The translations under genes were made by a program, and so were the position numbers. The notes beneath the pieces were generated by a model. That model was not told the origin of the DNA. It saw only the letters and a program-made list of their open reading frames with translations, and made no database searches. From assembly GCF_964204645.1 (NCBI RefSeq), contig NC_134031.1, positions 10,292,001 to 10,356,000 of the forward strand: a DNA stretch of 64,000 bases. Reading direction: 5' to 3'. Within the stretch, counting starts at the first letter, position 1. Every line of letters starts with the position of its first letter. The stretch comes from Tubulanus polymorphus. Lineage: Eukaryota > Animalia > Nemertea. This document shows, one piece after another, positions 1-13,597 of the stretch.

Positions 1-1839
1 ATAACACATGTGATTAACATCAGTTATTCCAATCTGCAACACGTGTGATTGTACATGTGATCACTTCGGATATGAACCATTCCAATGTTGGTTTCAATTT
101 CTGAACATCTGCATTTTTTTCATAGAGTCCATTTTGGAATAAAAATATTTCCATAACTGTACTCATTATTTCACATTTTCAACACGTTCGTGATTAAATC
201 ACACATGTGATTGGCTCAACAACACAGATCACATTTTCAACACGTTCGTGATTAGATTTTATGCCGCGCCTACTGTGCAAAAACCTAGTATCTCCATTTC
301 TAGTTTGTATTTTCTTTCGGCTAAATAAATAAAATAAGATTATTATATGTTTTTGCATTTGCTGTTGAGTTTAAAAAAAAATATATTTATTCAAAAAAGA
401 CTTCGAAAAATTATCAGGTATTTACGGGTTCGAACCGTTCACAACGGCTAGCAAAGGACTGGGAATGAGCAAGCAGGCATGCACGGCGCCATTTGCAATT
501 ATTTTGAGGATGTTTTTGCTGTTTTAAGTCAATTTTCATGGTTAATTTCTAAGTTCCAACAGTCTGGTGTTTGAATTCAAGCTCCAAGGCAAGTATTATT
601 GTGTTTCATCAAATATTTATAGGCGACAATGATGATTGAATTTACGTAATCGGTAAAATCTGAGGCGTGTGCTGAATCAATTAAATCAAATTCATCCAAA
701 CTTTATTTGATGCATGGCAAAGTACAACATGTCCATGCCTAGCTTTTTCAAGTAGGCATAGATTACACCATGAACTCTTTTTAAATCACAATCTGTCCAG
801 TCATGAAAAAGACGCTTGTTTGCATACTATACAAATAATTCCTTACCGTTGAACTGAATGATCAGCCGGTATTGAACACTATTTGCCAATTCTTTCTAGG
901 ACTACATATGAATTAATCACTTACAAATGAAAATAGAATTTTCCATTATTAATTCAGGGAGTGAGTACATACATTTCCTTGAGTAGTGATTTATGTACCG
1001 GGTATATGAAAAATGAAATGTATGCTTTCAGCCGGAAAAAATTACTGAAAAAGAGGTCAAGAGTCCTGTTATGATAGGTGTGACCAGATGATTGATATTA
1101 GGGATATTGATTTATTGGTTTATTGTTTGGAATTGTGTGCAATATTAAAAGGTTTTATAAATTTGTCTCATTCCAGATCAATGTTTTGAAGTATAGATGG
1201 GGGTTACCGCGGTCGAAATTAGAAAGAAGATTGGACAAAACCTGAAACAGCATAAATCGACGAAGTAAATCTGTAAATATTTGAAAATAAAATTCCCATT
1301 CACATGTACACAAGTGAGTTATTACATTTGGTTGGTAATTTTGAAACTACATTTCGTTTTGCCATTATGTGGATCTCCTTTCAGGCAATGGGTTTTTAGG
1401 AAATTGTGAAGTTTGGATAAAACATCATGTACAGAGAAAGAAGTGGTCAAATATTGACCATTATGAATGTGCATTTATACTTCTTCGTGAATAGTCGTGT
1501 GGAGCTGGAACAATGACTGCGGATCACATGCGTTATAAATCACACATGACTGTGTTATATGACATGTGTGATTCACATTCAGGGCTGTATCAAACGTGTG
1601 ATTCACATGTGTAAAAATGGGACAAAATCACATGTGTCATTTAGAAAATCACACGTGTGATACAGCTTGAATGTGAATCACATGTGTAAAAATGGGACAA
1701 AATCACACGTGTGATTCACATACAGGGTTGTATCACACATGTGATCTTTTAAATCACACGTGTGATAATGTCCCATTTTTACACATGTAAATCATACATG
1801 TTTTTAAAAAAAATCACATGTGTGATTTTTTTGTAAGGG
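1..1839. mobile_element. Non-autonomous DNA transposon with palindromic TCACA(C/T)GTGTGA subterminal repeats; left end outside window (EnSpm/CACTA-like, tentative)
   Basis: Dense TCACACGTGTGA/TCACATGTG repeats at 1-260 and 1520-1830, ending ...TTTTTTGTAAGGG at 1839, where a truncated HINE copy abruptly starts. Confidence 0.55.
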
Positions 1840-2658
1840 AATGTAATATGGAAATACTAAGTTATTCTACTATACGATGCCCCCTGGTGACCATATGCAA
1901 AACCCATTGATCTTGAAACTCACCAAAATCATAGAACATGTCATGAGCTACTACTTTGCAATTGATCATGATAACAAAAATATGCCTAGGTACCAATATA
2001 ATAAGGAAATACTAAGTTATTCTACTATTCAACGCCCCCTGGTGACCATACAGAATAACCGATGACCTTGAAACTCACCACAATCATAGAACATGGTATG
2101 AGCTACAACTGAGCTGCAAGTGATTGTGGTAACAAAATATGCTTAGGTATCAATATAATGTGGAAAAACATTTTTCCACCTACGAATGAGTACTGATGAC
2201 ACCAAGATGGCCGCCAATCCCATGATAATTGGCTGATCGAAAATACCAGTCTCAGGAATTAAAGATCCCTTTCCATAGAATACCCATCACAAATTGCAAT
2301 GAAAAATGGCAAACCAGTAGGAAGCTACAGGACTCAGAATTTGGGCCAAAAATGACATTTTTTGGTACAGAAAAGGTCATAGGACGGCCATTTTGAGTCC
2401 GATCGACCCAATTCTTTTAAAGCTGATGGACCCTTGGGGGAATCAAATATATACGAAAGAACAAGGTAATTGATCATAGAATCTTCAAAATTTCCCTCAA
2501 AAACTTCAAAAATGTGTAATAAGTGATTTTGGCGCACAACAGTGGCTGCCAGTTGGCCTTCTTGATTCTGATCGGGCCAGTTTATGGGCTGAAGATGTGT
2601 TTAGAGTAGATGTGAACGCAATAGCCCGCTGGGACTTAAGTCCCAAGTGGGCTAAAAA
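1840..2658 (-). mobile_element. HINE-like family 2 (AGCCCACTTGGGAC head), partial copy with ~154-bp tandem units
   Basis: Head hairpin AGCCCGCTGGGACTTAAGTCCCAAGTGGGCT near 2622-2653; body homologous to 30610-31867 and 61701-62968. Confidence 0.8.
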
Positions 2659-2968
2659 ATCGACTGGTAAGCAAGCTGAACACTACCAACCTTTTGAAAA
2701 TATATCAGTAGGATTCCCATTCCATGGCCAACCTTTAAACTGCCATGCTGGCCCTTGAACAAAGACGGCAACAACTCTTTCCCTAGAAAAAGAAGTAGAT
2801 GATATAAACTTGGCTGACATAAGGAAGAATATCTATTTGGCTACATCCATATGTTATTTATACAAATTTTGAATAAGAATTCATGATCCATTGACAATAT
2901 GACTGTTGAGAAAATTGGGAAAAAACGTGCAGGCATAAACGTCAAGGTATAACGTCTAGTATAACTGT

Positions 2969-3218
2969 CAGGGATGAAAATGGCCCATATTGAAAAAGTC
3001 AGAAAATATTCCGAATCAGAGCCGCTTTTCGAATGAGACGCCACATTGGTTTCTCCGACTCCACAATTGTGCTAACTACCGCAAAAAACCGTCTTTAGGA
3101 GCACTCCTTAGTAACAATGTGACATGCGCGATTGAGGTGATTTACACTGATCTCAGGAATGAAGAAAATAAAAGAGAAGGTCGGAAATCCGTCTTTGGTC
3201 GGAAGATTTTCATCCCTG
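2969..3218. mobile_element. MITE, CAGGGATGAAAAT TIRs, 6-bp TSD AACTGT (hAT-like)
   Basis: cagggatgaaaat...attttcatccctg flanked on both sides by aactgt. Confidence 0.85.
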
Positions 3219-4529
3219 AACTGTCTTGCTTTTTTATGAAATGCAAATACGACAAATATTAACTCCACCATTTCTGCTTAAATGTAATTTTGAATTCAAA
3301 ATTATTTGGATTATTGAATTCTGATAATCCTATTCCTGATATAAATATTTTTTTATGATTTCATGATTCCATGATTTCTGCTTTACAGCTATATTTGATA
3401 ATCAACAAGAGATAATTATCTTAAGAGCTTGAGCTCATACAAAATTTGTGACACACCTCGTTGAGAGAATGACATAAAAAAACTAGAACTAGCAAAACAC
3501 CTTCGATTAGTGATCTGGTAAAATAAGGTTTATGGTTCAAACTTGCTCAGAGCCTTGTCTCAATGATTTTTTCATTTATCACATTGACAGTATAATAAAG
3601 TATAAATTACGAAAAAACGAGGCCGATTAAAAACGAGGCCGATTACTGTAATAGCTGACTCCTCTTAACTGTGTCAGTTATTGGGTTCTGTATCTTGAGG
3701 ACAACGACCGACGATTGGGAACTAACTAATGAGATCACTGTGATAAACAAATCAGAAAATATGACTAGAAAATTTATTGATTATTTAGCATATCATCATC
3801 CGATTAGGCCAAATGAAAACTAGAGAATGACCCTGTTTAAATTAAAACAGATTGTTTTATCAAGTGGAATATAAATTCATGACAAAATTACTATTCTAAT
3901 CATTTGATTACTGTTCCATAATTCTCGAGTTATGGCTTAGGTATAATAACATAAATCAATCAATCAAACAAGAGGCCCAGGGGCCTTGAAGCATTGGTAG
4001 ATTATACTGTGGTATTAAGTGGTTATAATGTTTTACATCCGCCGGCAATTCTTTATGACGATGTTGATTGGGAGGACCACAGACTTAAAGGTCTATTTGT
4101 CTAGTACGATTTTATTCCTGAAAATGAATTTATTTTCTGCCGAACGATTTAGCCTAGGCTATTTGTACTGTTAAAACTCATTAATGCGATTCTGTTAAAA
4201 AGACAAAACTAGTTTATTCTGATCTTTTCCATCATGTCCCAGCCAAGATATTTATATCAATCAAGATTTGGATACAAAAACCCATTTTTACGCATGAACT
4301 GTTAGGCCCCACTGAAAATGAAAACAAAAACAGAACGATTTTTCTGAATGCAATTGCAAGACCCTCTGATCTTAGAGCTCCAAGCTCTGATGCATGTACG
4401 CATGCAAAACGTCGCAGAGAGCGATGCCGGCGTTGGTGTTACTGAGGCCGGCTGATGATTGTTTGTTTGTCTTTTTGTTTGTTTGGCTTTACGTACGTCG
4501 TTTGGATCTTGGTTTCCCAAGACTATTCC

Positions 4530-4683
4530 TATTGGATTGTTCATTTAACCTCACAACGGTACAGCCTTTGAAGTGTTGCCCGCACACTGTTCGCAGCCAG
4601 CAGGACTCAAACCCACTTGTCACTCAGCATTGATAGTGGATTCAACAGCATCACGCCTTATATCTCACTGAGCTACCGAGGCC
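4530..4683 (-). mobile_element. tRNA-derived SINE-like element
   Basis: Minus strand reads GGCCTCGGTAGCTCAGTGAG (A box) ... GGGTTTGAGTCC (B box), then non-tRNA sequence; no cloverleaf. Confidence 0.5.
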
Positions 4684-6424
4684 GCTCGATTCAATTCCAA
4701 AAAAACTACAGCAACGGCAAATAACCATCGCAATATTGCAATTTATGACAAACAACGCGTAAATTTAATCACTGTTGTTTAATGCATGGAAAAGATGATA
4801 AAAGGTATTTTTTCCCGGCGCGCATTACAAAGCGAATCTCTGCCGAGTGCGTAAGAGGGTGATACCGCCTTGTGAGTGCGCAGCAGGCGGGTAGGGCGTC
4901 CTAAAGTGAAAACTAGAATATAGCCGAATCGAAATTTACAATGTCAGTCAACTGATTGATGATACAACATGGTTGTTCTCGGCGTACTTAACAATGATAT
5001 TTTCCTCCAATAAACAACTCTGGTAAAATTGAATAAAATGATCTATCTTTATTGGTGATATCGTATCATGGTGGTAGCCTACCGTTTACCGTTTGATGTT
5101 TCGTGTCATCATGAAATGGTTTTAACTTTAGTAAAGGCGTTCCCGCACAATCACATACGGGTTTCAGTCACGAGTAGGCTGCCGTTCCACTGCTCAAGAA
5201 ATACGTATTCTGACGCTGAGAATTAATCCTAAATAATCCCATGGATACTGATAGTTGGAATAACAGTGATATCCAAACACTGTGATATTTATAAACAGGA
5301 GGTACATAATTACGCTACGCGGACATATCGCTACGCGATTGTTTAACCCGCTCTCATCAACCAGATAATGAACGAGAAAAATGCGATCGAATAACATTTT
5401 GGACATTTTTTTTTGTAATTTTCAGCTGTTTCTAATGTTTTACGCGAACGGAGTGACAATTTGAAGTTACTATGAAAATGAGAAGAGTCGGCGCTATTTT
5501 TTCGTACTACTATTTTCGATCCATTTTACTTGCATTGGCATGACGTCATAGACGTCAACCAATGCTAAAAACGCTAAAATACAACATTCACAGGCTAATC
5601 ACAATTTACCCCCAAAATTACCACACTTCCCGCAAGGAATTGAATCTAACCCTCAGCAATTTCGACTGAGGACAAAATTCGTAATCATTATTTAAGAATG
5701 ATCGGGTAATTTCACACAGATCCAGCCCAAGCATGACTTTTATGGACAAAAGATTTAATATGGTTAACTCGCCACTCACCTGCCATGAACAAATCAGAAA
5801 ATATACTTAGAAAATACATTGTTTATTGTAACAGATCATCGTCTGATTAGGCAAAATAAAAACTAGAGTATGACCCTGATTTAAATCACAGGTGTCATAA
5901 TTCGGTGTCATAACTCATGATTCGCTACTCGCAGAGATGGCACCACAAGCTGGACGATAGTTGGCAGCTGAACCTACGAAGTTATTTATCAAAACCCACA
6001 ACCAACTACTTTTGTGCCTACCACATTACCCACAAGTTATTTACCTAATTGTTGGTGGTAAACTTTATAATTGGAGGGGCTTGAAAATATCTGAACGTGA
6101 GACTAAACCAGTTTAGTTACTGAAGAGATCAACTTTTTGCCTTACTTTTGTTTGTTATAGTTTCACAATAGGATATTTCTTATGATTAAAAGGCATGGGC
6201 CCAAGCTTCAGACCAACCATTATGTGATTACAATATTTTCTTCGCCTTTTTGACAAATCATAGTGTAGGTTGATGTATGTTTGTGAATTAGGTAAAACTG
6301 CGCAAAGAATCATGAAAGACAAGTAAAATATAAGTCCCGTACTCCAAAAATTGAAAAATATTTAAAATATTGTAACATTAAAATGAATCAAATGCCCGAA
6401 TTTCTGGTTTTCAACTAGATACAA

Positions 6425-6648
6425 AATCGGTGTTGCAATACCTGAATATACATTGAAATGCAATACGCAACGATAAGTAAAACAGGCACAGAACGCTTTT
6501 ACGATTCCCTTGATTACCAATCACACCGGACCAACTGAGTGAGACCATCCCCAACATCCCCTGTACTTTTACATCATTTTTGAACTATTTGGAAAAATAT
6601 TTTTTGGTTCTAAAATCCGTAGGAAACCGCCGGGAATTAACGTCACTG
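6425..6648 (+). repeat. Fragment of the 26077-26762 MITE family
   Basis: Shares cgataagtaaaacaggcac.gaacgcttttacg...ttttacatcatttt..actatttggaaaa with 26530-26762. Confidence 0.7.
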
Positions 6649-6974
6649 AAACATGTTTGAAATCAGCCCCCTATAAACACGCATTCTCCAGTGCACTCTC
6701 CTCTCCACTGCACTGCCCTGCACTTGGCCTCCCCGAAGAAAATTTAAAAAAATTTTAAGCCTTTCAGAGCATCAGAGGCCATAAAATAGCCGACCATCAC
6801 ACTGAAGTTCATGAAAAGTCACCGTATTTTGGGTGCTTTCACAAGAAAACTGTTAAAATATAAAATCAATTAAAGTCCACGGTAATATGTTCACAACGTA
6901 TTGAAAACAGGGTCAGTGGCTCAGTAACCACTAATTGGTCTATTTTCAGACATACATGTCCAGAAATGACACTT

Positions 6975-7350
6975 GACAGAAAAATTTTTTTCGAGCGAAA
7001 GGTCTTTTGAACAAAAAAAGATCTTTCTGGGGCTCCACAGTAACTTAATTCATAAGAATTAATGAAATACCAGTTTCATTAATGATGAAAAAAATGAAAA
7101 GTCTGGTTTATAAAAGTCTGGTCGGCTCAGACGAAATTAAAAAAAAAAATCTTCATTTCTGCCAATAACATGTCATTGATAATTGTGATTGATCATTGCA
7201 AGTAAGAACCAGTTAATCACTAATACATGCATTTTAATAAATCTGATTCCTCCTTTACAGTGAAGGCCTATAGGTAGAGTACAGCTCAATAAACACTTCA
7301 AGCGACCTAGAAACGATCTCCTATCCCCCGCGGTGAACACTTATTCCGAA
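6975..7350 (-). repeat. Internal fragment of Helentron-family B body
   Basis: Reverse complement of 48420-48800 (ggagccc..aagatc, gattcctcctttacagtgaa) and of ~32560-32620. Confidence 0.75.
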
Positions 7351-8446
7351 TAGGCCTATCAAACATGAGTGCAGCTTACTGATAAGAGTGAGTCAAATAC
7401 TTGTATTGTGGATTTGATAAGATCGGTATGTACTGTAGGAAAAGTTAAATATTGATAAATGTTTGAAGCCCGCGGCCAAATCAAGTAATAAATTATTTCA
7501 TTTTGATACCTAATCGACACAACAGCTTTTCTCCGTTGCATCTGATCGTGTGTAATATGTACAAACGAAGAAAATCGATGATTGTTAAAATTACTGTTTG
7601 AAGACCGTGGGTGATTGTACAATCTTGGGGTAATAAATCTGTTAATGTATGCTTGAATTGAAAATCAACATGACGAGAAACCTGCGGTAGATGTCAGAAT
7701 GATAACTTAGAAAAACATGTTGACTCATTGAATGGGGCCCAATTTTCGATGTTTACGACTCCACAGTGCATTTGTAAGGTTGATTCATCAAAATACGCAA
7801 AAGTATTTGTAGATCAAAGTGAGCTGAAGGATATCATACGGATTGTATCGGCAACAGTGGCAAGGAGACAAAGAATATGTTCTTTTGACATAACTTCGTC
7901 CAGAGTGTCATCTGTGTGTTCAAAATGAAACAGCACATTAGTATATATGCACGCTTTTACGATACCAGCTTTAATATAGTCACTAAGAATGAATGGCAGC
8001 TTATTGGAACACTGCCAGTTTCCTGGAAAACTTAAACTAGGCCACACGTCATGGCATGTTTTCACATGATGCACACTTGACTTCAAACATACGCAGCTCA
8101 TACATCGGCAGTGGGTCGGTCGGTCGGCCTTTTTTATCAAAAATAAGATTTATTTCAATGAATCCAAAGAAAAAGTTTTCACTCAGACCATTAACAGACC
8201 ATTATTTTGGGATGGCCTAATCATTATTATTACCATCATCATGTTTACCATAATCATTATTTATAAACATTATTATCTACTATCATATATTATTCATTAA
8301 TTAATATCATCATAAGTGTAATTCTTATTATCAATACCATTGTTATTATCATTGCTATTCACTCATTTATTTATTATTAATATAATTACTCGTACTATTA
8401 TTAGGGTTTCTGCTGCTTTCGCAGAAACCCTCTTGTAATTCTGTTG

Positions 8447-8491
<45 letters not shown>

Positions 8492-8829
8492 TTTCCTCTT
8501 TCCAGCCAAAAATTTTTCATAAAATGTAACTCCTCTCAGATTCGACTACTAGCAGCTTATAAACCTAATTTTCAATTATGAAAGAAATATAACTCAGCGC
8601 CTGACCATTTCCAATTTGCGTATTATAATTGATTATGAATTAATCCCGCGTAATTATTTGGTCTAAACAGGAAATAAGAATGTCGCAAGAATCATCATCC
8701 ATTGATAAATGTACATCGTGAAAAGCCTGCAAATTACCCGACGACCTTGAGCTTCAAAATAAATCACGGATTCGGATTTATAAATCGGGGTTCGACCTAC
8801 GACATCCATTCAATGTTTTCAGATTTCGT

Positions 8830-8862
8830 GCGCATGCGTCAATTTAGCTCGGACGCCATTTT
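8830..8862 (+). promoter_or_regulatory. Candidate internal Pol II promoter motifs (NRF1-like GCGCATGCG, YY1-like CGCCATTTT)
   Basis: Motifs lie just upstream of a donor-like GAG|GTATGT at 8949; CGCCATTTT is also present in the related short copy (minus strand, ~56833). Confidence 0.3.
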
Positions 8863-9629
8863 CTTTATTTTACAACGTGCGACGCCACTCTACGTTACTT
8901 GCATTTTTACGACTTTGTTGTGTGTTTCTGTGACCAATCTTCAGAGAGGTATGTATATATAACGGTTAGGCCTAATATGATGTATTTTTCCACGTAATCT
9001 GACGACTGGTATTAAAAGCCGACCGGAATTCGTCTTGATCCGCGCGTTGTGGTAGCAGTCGGGTCTGGTTGGTGTGAGATCGATATCGAATCCCGCATGA
9101 CTTACACATAGAAGTAGCTTTTAAAAGGCCAAATTTGGGCTAGGTGTTAAGGTTGACCCAATGCGTATGATTTAATAATAGTGTTTGTGGTATGGGTAGA
9201 AAATATTTAGGCCTATATAGACAGCAGCTTAAATATTGAATAATGGGATTTGAACTGCACTAGTGTGTGTGTGTCTGTGTGCGAGAGCAGGGAGCACTCC
9301 ATCTCCCTGACCCTGTGACTTATGATTAAGCCACCCGATTCTGCTGAATGCGAACAAGTCATCAGGTTTTCGTGAATGTGAATAAATACTATAAGAAGGG
9401 ACTGCCAATTTTAATGAACACAGAAATATCTTAATTGAAATCGTATGTCAGCTAATTTCAAATTGAAGGCCTATTATACATAAATTACAGTACACTCCGC
9501 CCACTCATGTCAGACCATTTGGGAGTGTAAAAATGTATCCTGCTTTCTGGATCTGATTCAAGCTTAAGTCTACTGTTTGTATATTCAATCTACCTAGGCC
9601 CATAGGCCTAATTGTGCCTGCCTAATTAT

Positions 9630-10465
9630 TGGGGAAATCGACAATGTCAGGTTCTTGAATTTCTCGACTGATGGCGCTAGTTAGAACTGGATATTGGTAC
9701 CTAAATCTGCCATGTTCTAGTTTATTTGCAATAAAAATCTGGCCTCTCAATTTTTTAGTAGGCAGTAGTTATTTTACTGGATCTGGTCACTGACTTCTGA
9801 ACGCTATTTTGCCAAATATTGTCTCTAAATTGGCTGATTTACTACGCACATGCGCAAAGAGGTGCGCGGCTTAGATAATTGGAAGGAAGTGTGGAGAACA
9901 GAGTTTACCCGGACCAGTGAATTACTAGCCTAGCGTCTTCCTATTAGATCACAGAGCTCATTGAAAACCATCCGAATGTTTTAGCTACATTTAGCCTCAC
10001 CTAACCCTAACCCTATCCCTACTTGTGAAATCGAACCCTGTGGACCCTCTTCTCACCCTCTTGACACTAACCCTATCCAAACCCTTACCCTAAACCCAAT
10101 AAAATGATTTAATTGTTACATAATAAATGGATTTGGCAAAATAGCGTTCAGAAGTCGGTGACCGGATCCAGGTTAAATATGCACTTCCTTTTTAGTAAGT
10201 GTATTTTACGTACATACATCATCACGTTTAATCCTTTAAGTATGATATCCTGGAAATCTGTTAGATTGGACAAAACGTTACTTCAACTGTCAAAAATTTT
10301 CCAAAAATCACAAATTTAGTGAAAAAAAATGCTCATTAAAAACTTGAAGCGAGAGATCTTTATTGCAAATCAACAAAACAAGGTGGATTTAGGTTCCAAT
10401 TTCCGGTTCTGACTAGTGCCATCATACGAGTAATTCCAGAACTTGAATTTGTTGATATTTGTATT
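9630..10465. mobile_element. Nested MITEs: outer ~120-bp imperfect inverted repeat, inner element 9777-10171 with CCTAACC motifs
   Basis: 9651-9755 is inverted relative to 10341-10442; ctggatctggtcactgacttctgaacgctattttgccaaat is inverted at 10131-10171. Confidence 0.7.
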
Positions 10466-11056
10466 GGCATCATTCCTTTTCTAAAACGGAACCTGACGAC
10501 CAATTATTCAATTTCCTATTTATTTATTTTTTTAAACAAGACTCATCATGCAGGTATTCCCCGCAACAACAGGTTTCAGAGGGAAGACCACCCTTTTATT
10601 TTTGTTTCAACCCATCTTAAAATGAGCCACCAATCGGTAATCGGGCGAACCATAATAGTGTTCACTGCCTGTTTTAATACTCGTCGTTGCACATTTGTTC
10701 AGGATACTACGTCTAGCCTATGTGGGTTATAGGGTTTATTCCAAAAGTTTGCAAACAAAATCCAGTTAATTTGTTTAGTTTTGGAGACATTTTTGATGCA
10801 TTGTTTTCAACACATTTTATTCAATTTTCTTCCAATCTTGCCATCAACCAAACCCAGCGGAGCTATCACAGCTGACAGGCTGCTTGTTCAACACACCATA
10901 CCTATTTGTAGCAGGTGTCACCTATTGTTTCGAAATTTTAGAGAAAGTTCCTACAGGCTGATTAATAATGCTGTGATAATGTTTCTTTTGTGATAGGTCA
11001 CATACTTGATACTTGTTGATACTTGAAATAGGATATTGATCAGTACATTACTCATC

Positions 11057-11101
11057 ATGCCTAAAAGGAAAAGAAGAGCTGGTAGCTTTCAGCCGAAGAA
11101 G
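11057..11101 (+). CDS. First coding exon of the DUB gene: MPKRKRRAGSFQPKK (NLS-like)
   Basis: ATG 11057, donor AAG|GTAAGA at 11102 (phase 0), acceptor TTTTCAG at 11412 in frame with the 604-aa ORF. Confidence 0.7.
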
Positions 11102-11412
11102 GTAAGACCCTCTTTTCATAGGCAAATGTTAATCTTCTAGTAAGAAGTATGTAGGCCTTTTTTCCGAGTAAAAAATTCATTAAACTGTTCATCACATGTG
11201 TTAGCTGCGCAATATTTTGGTGCCTGATTTTGGTATTTTATCAGAAAAAACCATATCAGTAAATCATAAACCAGTTGCTTAGAGGGTGTGTAACTGACCA
11301 GTGTCGTATCATCCCTGGTTCTTGTTGAGATAATTATAAGCTATTGAATTGAATTGAACTCATTAGAAAATTCTACGAACGTATAGTGAATGAATTTTTT
11401 TTCTATTTTCAG

Positions 11413-13597
11413 AAGGTGGAGGTGGTTGGAGTTCCCTCAGCCCTAACTGGACAAAACAGAGAGATGAAAAAAGGATCAATGGAAAAAAATTATGAAAAAT
11501 CTCAAGATGAAGACTACAGAAGAGTTGAAAATGAAATCTTAAATGAAAACCTAAAAAACGCTCAAAATGAAAACTTTAACGAAACGCAAAAAGAAAACTC
11601 TGATAACAATCAAAACAAGAAGTATGAAGTGAAAATCAATGAAAACTTTGAACCAAAAACTAATGAGAACTATGAATTGAATGCAAATGAAAAAGATGAA
11701 ATGAAAATGACTGAAAAACATGGAATGAAAATGAATGAAAAATATGAAATGCATATGAATGGAAACTATGATTTGAAAACAAATGAAAAAGATGAAATGA
11801 AAATGACTGAAAAACATGAAATGAATATTAATGAGATCTATGATCAGACTATGAATCAAAATTGTGGAACTAATTCGAATGAAGATATGACAAAAAACAA
11901 AGTTGAGACAACTGAAGTGAAATCAGTTTTTTGTGACTTCAATCATGACAACTGTGATAAGATTATGCATGACAACTATGATAAGACTAAACAAGGCAAC
12001 TATGATAAGGCTATATATGGAATCTGTGAAAAGATTACACTTGACAACTGTGATAAGATTCAACATGATAACGCTGGTCACAATATACATGAAACCTCAT
12101 CGAAAATGAAAGCTGACTCATCTATTCAACCAATTTCGAGTATGATTTCGTGTAGAGATTGTGATGGCAATTTTGGTAACAGTGAGTCATGTTTAAGTGC
12201 TGAGAATATGAGATGTTCATCAATTCATGGAAATTTCCACCAGGGTCATCCAAAATACGATATTCATTCAGGTAAGCAATGTGTAACAAATGCATTAGCT
12301 GCAATGATTCATGCATCAAATAAAGCTGTAATAAACTGGATGCCTCATGATATTGATTCAGTATTGAATATTGGAAATGATTTATACGCAACATTGACTA
12401 ATATGAATACAATAACAAATATGTATTTATTGATCAGTGAGCTACCAACTGCTGTTGAGATTGGAAATTCCATTTATAATGTGACTGTTGGATCCCCTCA
12501 AGTTGCTATATCTGAATTATCTGATGAAATGAGAGCTGGAAATTTTGGAATTATCAGTGAACTACATGAATGTTTGCACAATAATCTGCTTAATTACGAC
12601 ACATGCTTTATAACATTTGCTGGAAATACATTTTGTGTTTTAAAACAGGATGACATGTACTGGGTATTTGATTCACATTCGAGAGATGCATCAGGAATGA
12701 TGACCGCTGATGGACATGCTGTATTAGTAAGGTACTCTTGTGTTAATTGTATTGTCAAACATTGTCAGAATCTTGCAGCTTCAATGAATCAGAGGCAACC
12801 AATACAGTATGAAATTACAGTGGCTTCTATCAACCATGAAATTGAAACTACTGTAGAGAATAGCATTATCGAAACAACGACTACATACTCTCCAAACTAC
12901 CAACAAACAAGTAGTGAAGATGAACTGCCCTATACAAACCCAAAAGTAGATGAATGCGATGTAATTGTTACTAGTGAATCCGTGCAGCATGATGATTTAA
13001 TTTACAACCCACTAGAAAAAGGTCAGTGCAAAACATTATGCTCTATTCTAGGTATTCATTGTCGACCCTCAACTCTCGGATATGAATGTATGCCCAAATA
13101 TGATGGACAACTCTACTCTCCATGTAACACGCAGAATATTAAAGGCGATGGAAGCTGTTTTTTTCATATTTCATATTTCATATTCAATCTGTGGAACTGA
13201 GCAATATCATCGGGCTATACACACTGAAGTTTTAAAGCACATGCGGCAGAATTCCGACAAATTCCAACCACATCTGAGAAATCCACAACTTACTATAAAT
13301 GAGTATATTGATGAATCCCGTATGAAATATACAGGTACTTTGGTGACAGAGGTTGAAATTCTTGCAACAGCTGATTTACTGCATGCTGATATATATACAT
13401 TTGTAGGCAATGGTTGGTTACGATTCGCTGGTTCTACTTTCAGTGCACCAAATCGTGTGTGTGAATTAAATGGCAACATTTATTTGAAAAATTGCAGAGG
13501 TGTACACTATGAAGTTGTGTCATGTGTGAAACAATCTGAGGAATGTATTTGCTCTTGGTGTGGCAAGCGACAAAATACTGAAAAAACTAATGAGTAA
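11413..13597 (+). pseudogene. Helitron-associated protein: 8-aa repeats + herpes tegument-type (peptidase C76/VTD) deubiquitinase + OTU deubiquitinase; one frameshift at ~13164-13184
   Basis: GNFHQG..GKQC(12280)VTNALAA..IDSVLNIGNDLY..YWVFDSH(12670-12678)SRD fits the C76 Cys and Asp-x-His boxes; IKGDGSCFF..ISYSICGTE..TEVEILATADLL..HYEVV fits OTU, split across ORFs 11386-13200 and 13082-13597. Confidence 0.85.

Noticed and set aside
11386-11412. Listed start of the 604-aa ORF (MNEFFFYFQ)
   Set aside because: A GTG inside an intron's polypyrimidine tract; the spliced ATG at 11057 fits better.
12180-12830. Endogenous herpesvirus interpretation of the C76-type domain
   Set aside because: No other viral genes; the domain lies between Helentron termini next to an OTU domain, a transposon context.
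11551-13479. Minus-strand ORFs opposite the DUB gene
   Set aside because: Antisense shadows of repetitive coding sequence.
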